A DNA stretch of 64,000 nucleotides from Abditibacterium sp. (GTDB lineage: Bacteria > Armatimonadota > Abditibacteriia > Abditibacteriales > Abditibacteriaceae): contig OZ251992.1 in NCBI GenBank assembly GCA_965246885.1, positions 1,504,001 to 1,568,000 of the forward strand, in the 5' to 3' direction. The notes under the pieces were generated by a model. It was not told the DNA's origin, searched no databases, and saw only the letters and a list, made by a program, of their open reading frames with translations. The position numbers were made by a program, and so were the translations under genes. This document shows, in pieces, positions 58,678 through 64,000 of this stretch; within the stretch, counting starts at the first letter, position 1, and every line of letters starts with the position of its first letter.

Positions 58678-59289
58678 ATGAAACGCTTTCTGCTCCCCAC
58701 CTTCGTCGCCGCGCCGCTCGCGCTTTGTCTTGTCGCGCCCGCCAAGCCCTTGCCCAAGGCGCCCCATAAAGCCGCGCCCGCCAAGGCCAAAGACCCCATC
58801 GCCGCGTCGGTTGATTATCTGTGGGAACAGTCCGACGCCGCCTTTCACAAGGGCGACTACCCGACCGCCGTCAAGATTCACCGCGCCATCGTCACCCTCG
58901 ACCCGACCGACACCGAGTCCTTCGGCGTGGGCGCGTGGCTCCTGTGGAGCATGGGCCAGAAGGAAAGCGCGCGCGCTTTTATCCAGCAGGGCCTCGACGC
59001 CAACCCGAACAACGCCGAAATGTGGGACACGGCAGGCCAGCACTACGACCTCGAAAAGTCCTTCGCCGACTCCAAGAACGCCTACGTCAAGTCAGTCACC
59101 CTCGCTGGGAAAAAAGCGCCCGAAATGCTCCGCCGCCGCCTCGCGCACTCCGCCGAACACGCGGGCGACCTCGCCTTGTCCATCCAAACGTGGGCGGACT
59201 TAGTGCGCGATTACCCAAACTCGGCGGTAGATAAGAACAACCTCGCCCGCGTGCAGGGGTTGGCGGGCAAGGCAACGGCGACGGCGTGA
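58678..59289 (+). CDS. Secreted TPR-like protein
   Basis: Signal peptide MKRFLLPTF.., helical repeats with DP/NP turns. Confidence 0.8.
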   Translation: MKRFLLPTFVAAPLALCLVAPAKPLPKAPHKAAPAKAKDPIAASVDYLWEQSDAAFHKGDYPTAVKIHRAIVTLDPTDTESFGVGAWLLWSMGQKESARAFIQQGLDANPNNAEMWDTAGQHYDLEKSFADSKNAYVKSVTLAGKKAPEMLRRRLAHSAEHAGDLALSIQTWADLVRDYPNSAVDKNNLARVQGLAGKATATA

Positions 59290-59310
59290 GGGCGCGTTAA
59301 CCTTTCCCTT

Positions 59311-60493
59311 ATGAAAATTGCGGTCATCGGCGGCGGCCCGATTGGAATCGAAGCGGCGCTGTACGGCGCGAGCGCGGGGCTGGATGTCACGCTTTTCGAG
59401 CGCGGGCGCATCGGCGAAAACAACCGCGCGTGGGGGCACGTCCGCTTGTTCACCGAATGGGCGCGCGACCGCTCGCCGCTTTCGCTGCGGCTCCTGACCG
59501 CGCGCGGTGACGCTTTGGGCGCCGAAGACGCTTGCCCGACGGGGGACGAACTCGCCGACTATCTCCTGCGCGTCGCGTCGCTCCCCGTTCTGCGCGGGCG
59601 CATCGTGCCGCAGTGCGAGGTGCTGGCCATCACCCGCGAAGGCGCGCTCAAGTCCGACCTGTACGGCGACCCGCGCCGCGCCAACTCGCCGTTTCGCTTG
59701 CTGACCAAGGGCGTCGCGGGCGAGAAAATCCGTCACTTCGACGCCGTGATAGACGCGACTGGTGTTTATGCCACGCCCAATTGGGCGGGCAATGGCGGCG
59801 CTCCGTGTCCGGGGGAATTGGGATTGCGCCCCTTTGTGGACTACGCTATCCCCGACGTATTGGGCCGCGACCGTAGCCGCTTTTGGAACAAGCACGCGCT
59901 GATTGTCGGCGCCGGACACTCCGCCGCTTCGACGCTTCTGATGGTCGCCGACCTGATGGCGCAGTCCAGCAAAACGCGCGTGACATGGGTGGTGCGCCGC
60001 GACCGCGCTTCGACTGGCGAGATTTACCGCCTCGACCCCGACGACGTTTCCGGTGGGCGCCGCAAACTGGGCGAGCGCGCCAATGCCCTCGCCGCCCATC
60101 CCCAGCGTGGACTGCCACACCGTCTGCGCCCACACTGGCTTTCGTCCCGACGAAACGCTGTGGCAAGAACTCCAAATCGCTCCGCATCCCGCGACCGGCG
60201 CGCCTTCTGCGCAACTCGCCGCCCACCTCAACGCCGCCAACAAAAAGGCGGGCGTTGGACTTTCCACCGGCTACGCCGAAAAGCTGAGCGAATACCAGCG
60301 CCCCGAAAACGTCGCCGACCTCGACTCGCGCGAACTGTTGCGCCTGCCCGAACCGAATTTCGTCGTGTTGGGCATCAAGTCGTATGGCCGCGACGCCGGA
60401 TTCCTCATGCAAAACGGCTTCCGCCAAGTCCGCGACGCGTATCAACTGCTGACGGGAAATAAGGCGCTCGATTTGTACGGAGCGGAGTTTTAA
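59311..60493 (+). pseudogene. FAD-dependent oxidoreductase (flavoprotein monooxygenase-like), frameshifted near 60100-60103
   Basis: First frame has IAVIGGGPIG, DATG and IVGAGHSA; the family-like C-terminus (TGFRPD..PEPNFVVLGIKSYGR) is in the next frame. Confidence 0.75.
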
Positions 60494-60497
60494 CTTC

Positions 60498-60550
60498 AAG
60501 CCTCCAAAGGGAGGCTTCGCTGTGGGTTGCCCGCGACTTCAGTCGCCGGG
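60498..60550. repeat. Half copy of the 57997-58090 element
   Basis: aagcctcc-aaag-ggaggctt hairpin followed by cccgcgacttcagtcgccggg. Confidence 0.6.
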
Positions 60551-60567
60551 CCAAAGGTTGGCATTAC

Positions 60568-61500
60568 TCACCCCATCGGCTTCGGGGCGCGCTTCTTGGT
60601 TTTGGGCGTGGGCGTGGCGAAGTGACGGGTGGGCGAGAGCGCGAACTCGCGGCGTGTGCCGTGATTGGCGGGCGAGGGCGGCCACACGCCGTTGGCGGCG
60701 CTTTGGATTTCGCGGCGGCGCTTCACGAGGTCAGCGATCAAGGCGTTGCGCCCGGCGCGCTGGGTCGTGGCGCCCGATTGTGACTGGCCTTGGGCGCCGA
60801 TGACCGTGTGCCAGTTGTTGTAGTTCACCGTCATTTGCGTGATGACTTCGGGCGTGATGCCGGGCAAGGTGTCCACTTGTAGCTGCTTCAAGATGCCTTC
60901 GTAGCGTTGCACGATGGAGGTACGCGTGGGCAGGGGCACGCCGACGCCGTAGTCGCGCAGATGGGCGGGCTTCGAGACGGCGAACACGATGCGCGCCGCG
61001 CTTTGAACCGTGCGGAACGACCCCAACAACGCGGCCCGCGTCGTGCGTTCTTCGCGGGTGGCATGAACGCGCGCGTTGGTCGAAGTCTGCGCGCCGGTGC
61101 TAAGCGAACGCGCCGCGCTCACGTCGTTCAACAAGATGCTCACCTTGTCGGGCGTGATGCCCCACGCTTCCAATGCCGGGGCATATTCGGGCTTCACCGC
61201 GCTCATGCACACGAGAGTCGAGACCGCCAACTCCTGCTGCAACTTCTTGTTGAACGGGTTGCGCGCGGGTTTGGGCGGAGCGGGCGGAATCGGCGGAACG
61301 GGCGGGATGGGGTCAACGGCCCGCGCATACGCCCCATTCATCGCGCTCAAGTCAAGCAACGCCCCATCGCCCATCGAAAGAACGCCCGCCTCGCCGCCGT
61401 TTGTAGGCCGTTCGAGCATTGCCGTTCCATTCCCATTTGCGTGGCCATTTAAGTGGCCGTCAGCGCCCAAGGCGCCATCGAAGTTATTCATAGGATGCAT
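60568..61500 (-). CDS. Hypothetical helical protein with disordered Pro-rich N-terminus and basic C-terminal tail
   Basis: Long ORF with a duplicated GITP-helix unit; start uncertain (61500 or 61491). Confidence 0.7.
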   Translation of the reverse strand: MHPMNNFDGALGADGHLNGHANGNGTAMLERPTNGGEAGVLSMGDGALLDLSAMNGAYARAVDPIPPVPPIPPAPPKPARNPFNKKLQQELAVSTLVCMSAVKPEYAPALEAWGITPDKVSILLNDVSAARSLSTGAQTSTNARVHATREERTTRAALLGSFRTVQSAARIVFAVSKPAHLRDYGVGVPLPTRTSIVQRYEGILKQLQVDTLPGITPEVITQMTVNYNNWHTVIGAQGQSQSGATTQRAGRNALIADLVKRRREIQSAANGVWPPSPANHGTRREFALSPTRHFATPTPKTKKRAPKPMG

Positions 61501-61617
61501 CTCGTTACAAGAAAAGACGAGACACATCTCTGAAGCATGGATTTCGCCAAGAGAGGAAGCAAACTCATTACGAAAAAGGCGCCCCCAACAGAGAGCGTCT
61601 TTGGGTTGATGAGCCGT

Positions 61618-62592
61618 TTAGTTCGGCGACGCGGCGACTTTGGCTTTGTATCTTTTGAAGGCCGCATCTAACTCTGCGTCGGTGAATCGGCGCGGCGAAG
61701 TAAGAGAAGGCAAAGCGCGTGGATAAAATTTTTCGTGCAAGGATGTCATCGCCTTATCGCATACTCTGATGTAAATTGTAGGCCCATCAGCAAGTCCTGT
61801 CCTCACTACGTTGGTTTTATTTCTTAATAGAACTATAGCTAATAACAACACCTCCTTATTTCTGACAAACTTCAAATTATTTAGAAGAGAAATAGAAGAT
61901 TTTACTGGATCGTTCTTGATGCTTTGTCTAACTTGCTCTACATACTCGTCTCTGCCCATCTCAGAGAGGCATATGTCTATGCACATAATCTCATCTGTGT
62001 TGTTTGATTTTTCTTGTATTAAACCTGACCTTCTTGATACAAGTATGTTTTGAGTTTTGCTGTCGAGTCGAAAACACGATAGTAATAGAGTAGAAGAAGT
62101 AGAATCTCTATTTAGAACAAAATATCTCAAAAGTGCGCTTCTAAGGCGTTTAGAAGAAAAGGAGATTATTTCAGAGTAAGTATATGTAGAGTATATGGAG
62201 TCAACTGCGTCTTGTCTGATAGACAGGTCACCCATCATGTAAATGAGTAAATCTAAAGACTTTTTAGTTTTGATGCGAGAACACGTCCAAATGACTGCAT
62301 ATCTTATGTTTTCATCTTTATCCGATTTGTATGTCTCTATCGTGCTGACAAGGAGGTCGGGATGATCTTTGTAAATGTCGACTAACGTATCAATATAAGA
62401 CAAGTCGCTCTTCTCTGCATGACTCATAGACTCCGCGACACGGCCTCTCAAAGTATTTGAATTAAAGCGAACTTTAATCATTTGTGTTCGTGACGTGGTG
62501 ACTACTGACGGAGATGCACACAAATTATTTTGTATGCTGAATAAGTAAGCTACCGTTAAGGCAACTAGTAGAAACTTGTGAAAAAAGTCCAT
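61618..62592 (-). CDS. AT-rich exported HEAT-like protein, putative immunity/partner protein
   Basis: Hydrophobic N-terminus, DENIRYAVIW HEAT-like motif, IRVCDKA; much more AT-rich than the flanks. Confidence 0.65.
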   Translation of the reverse strand: MDFFHKFLLVALTVAYLFSIQNNLCASPSVVTTSRTQMIKVRFNSNTLRGRVAESMSHAEKSDLSYIDTLVDIYKDHPDLLVSTIETYKSDKDENIRYAVIWTCSRIKTKKSLDLLIYMMGDLSIRQDAVDSIYSTYTYSEIISFSSKRLRSALLRYFVLNRDSTSSTLLLSCFRLDSKTQNILVSRRSGLIQEKSNNTDEIMCIDICLSEMGRDEYVEQVRQSIKNDPVKSSISLLNNLKFVRNKEVLLLAIVLLRNKTNVVRTGLADGPTIYIRVCDKAMTSLHEKFYPRALPSLTSPRRFTDAELDAAFKRYKAKVAASPN

Positions 62593-62643
62593 AATGATTA
62601 TAAGATTATTGATTCAATTAAATCGCGATTGTAAGAGGCACGG

Positions 62644-64000
62644 TCATTTTTTTGTCCTCCACGTTGAGTTGGCATATTTATTAGCCTTGTTGCGCTGGTC
62701 TTCATTCAAAGCAAGACCACCGAGAGCTTCCCAGTACATCAAATTGGGACGTAAATAGATAAAGCTTGGATCCTCTGTTGTTGTTCCTGGAATGGCCTCT
62801 GCTATATGAAGTAAATTCAAATTGTGCCCAGCCTCATGGCAGAGGATATTTTTACCCAAAGACCCATACGCCTTCGGGACATTTTGCATGAAAAGCCAAG
62901 GGCCTCCCAAGTGGCCCACACCTCCTATAAAACCTGATTTAGTAGGTGTGGTAGTAGACGATATCTGTACACAGAAATATACGGTCAGGTTTGACAGCTT
63001 CCTGTTATCTTTTTGTAAATCGAACTGGACGCCAGTGTCGATGCTATCCATGCTCCCCTGATCGATTACATTTGCTCCTCTGTCCAATGTGTGAACGTAT
63101 TCATTCAGATAAACGAAATGAATCTGCGCCAGAGGCCACCAGACACTATTTAGTGCTGAGACAGCGTGAAGAGACGGATAATATGGAGTCGGTGAGTTTC
63201 CCAACTTATCCTTGATCTGGCAAAAGTTCAACGAAACACGAATTGGTCTTCTTGCGTTCTGTTTCGGTGACGTTATCTTTCTACTTCCCACTCTTGGCTT
63301 GACACTCTGGATCAAGTGAAAACTACCAAAATTTGAGACTAAACAAAATCTCGCTTTTGCTTTAAGAGATGTTAAAACCGGTTGTTCGTTCACTATGACA
63401 GAGGTGTCTTCCGAGCCGAAGGTGATATCGCCCACCAAGGTACCAGCCGTATAGGTGCCGTAAGCAATGCCGTCGTCATCGCTTACTCCCTGTGTTGTAA
63501 CAATACTGCCGTAACCGGGAAAAGTCCCATCTGCGGCGGGTTGGACGGGTTGGCCGTTTTCATCTTTCACTGACTCGATGTAGAAGTTGACGTTATGGCC
63601 GACAACAGAATCCTCGTTGTAACTAAATGTACGATAAAGGTTAGCAGTAGATTGCCCATCGGCGACAAGTTCGTCGGTATCAATGCCCATATCGCCATCT
63701 GCATCTTCCATTGTGACGGCAGGCGATTGGCCCGTATCTTCTCCAACAGTGGCTTTGACAACCGCAGTCGCGCCGATGCGCAGACTGGAAGTCAAGAGCG
63801 TGTGAACCGTTCCCGTGCTGTCCGTAGTTCCCGCCGCCGACGACAGGCTGGCCCGGAGGTCAGCATCGGGGTCGGTGGCGGATAAAGGCGCTGTGCTTCC
63901 CGGAAGAGTGGTGTCCACAGACAAAGCGACAACTTTGTTCGTCGCCGAAGTACCATCAGGATTTTTGACCGTGACATCAACGTGGGTTTGATGCGGAGCC
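62644..64000 (-). CDS. Ig-like (invasin/Big_1-type) repeat protein with C-terminal metzincin-like metallopeptidase; 5' end outside the window
   Basis: Frame open to the window edge; TTDSTG, LVADGQSTA and SDDDGIA..YTAG Ig motifs; HEAGHNLNLLH zinc motif and NLMY Met-turn. Confidence 0.8.
   Translation of the reverse strand, partial: APHQTHVDVTVKNPDGTSATNKVVALSVDTTLPGSTAPLSATDPDADLRASLSSAAGTTDSTGTVHTLLTSSLRIGATAVVKATVGEDTGQSPAVTMEDADGDMGIDTDELVADGQSTANLYRTFSYNEDSVVGHNVNFYIESVKDENGQPVQPAADGTFPGYGSIVTTQGVSDDDGIAYGTYTAGTLVGDITFGSEDTSVIVNEQPVLTSLKAKARFCLVSNFGSFHLIQSVKPRVGSRKITSPKQNARRPIRVSLNFCQIKDKLGNSPTPYYPSLHAVSALNSVWWPLAQIHFVYLNEYVHTLDRGANVIDQGSMDSIDTGVQFDLQKDNRKLSNLTVYFCVQISSTTTPTKSGFIGGVGHLGGPWLFMQNVPKAYGSLGKNILCHEAGHNLNLLHIAEAIPGTTTEDPSFIYLRPNLMYWEALGGLALNEDQRNKANKYANSTWRTKK

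Overview
GC-rich bacterial chromosomal window, mostly housekeeping. The gene content is tentatively Armatimonadota/Abditibacterium-like (inference only). It carries about 60 CDS, including cobA-hemD, smpB, hisS, an interrupted trpG-trpD-trpC-trpB series, fdhF/ydeP-fdhD, recG, ruvC, an HtrA protease, feoA-feoA-feoB, galE, two type II toxin-antitoxin pairs and a frameshifted flavoprotein gene. An AT-rich Ig-like/metzincin gene plus a putative partner gene lies at the right edge. I recognised no rRNA, tRNA, CRISPR array, transposase or integrase. The most unusual signal is a set of six dispersed, degenerate tandem arrays with a 21-bp period (3051-3260, 4879-4983, 17035-17197, 36858-37004, 44798-44955, ~54270-54440). 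Four of them (3051, 17035, 36858, 44798) have clearly palindromic units, and some are bounded by direct or inverted repeats. They sit between genes, in frame inside protein linkers (RecG, a fused GMC oxidoreductase) and across a gene junction. The window also has several REP-like palindromes, a widespread leaderless-type promoter layout and an unannotated 38-aa membrane peptide gene.
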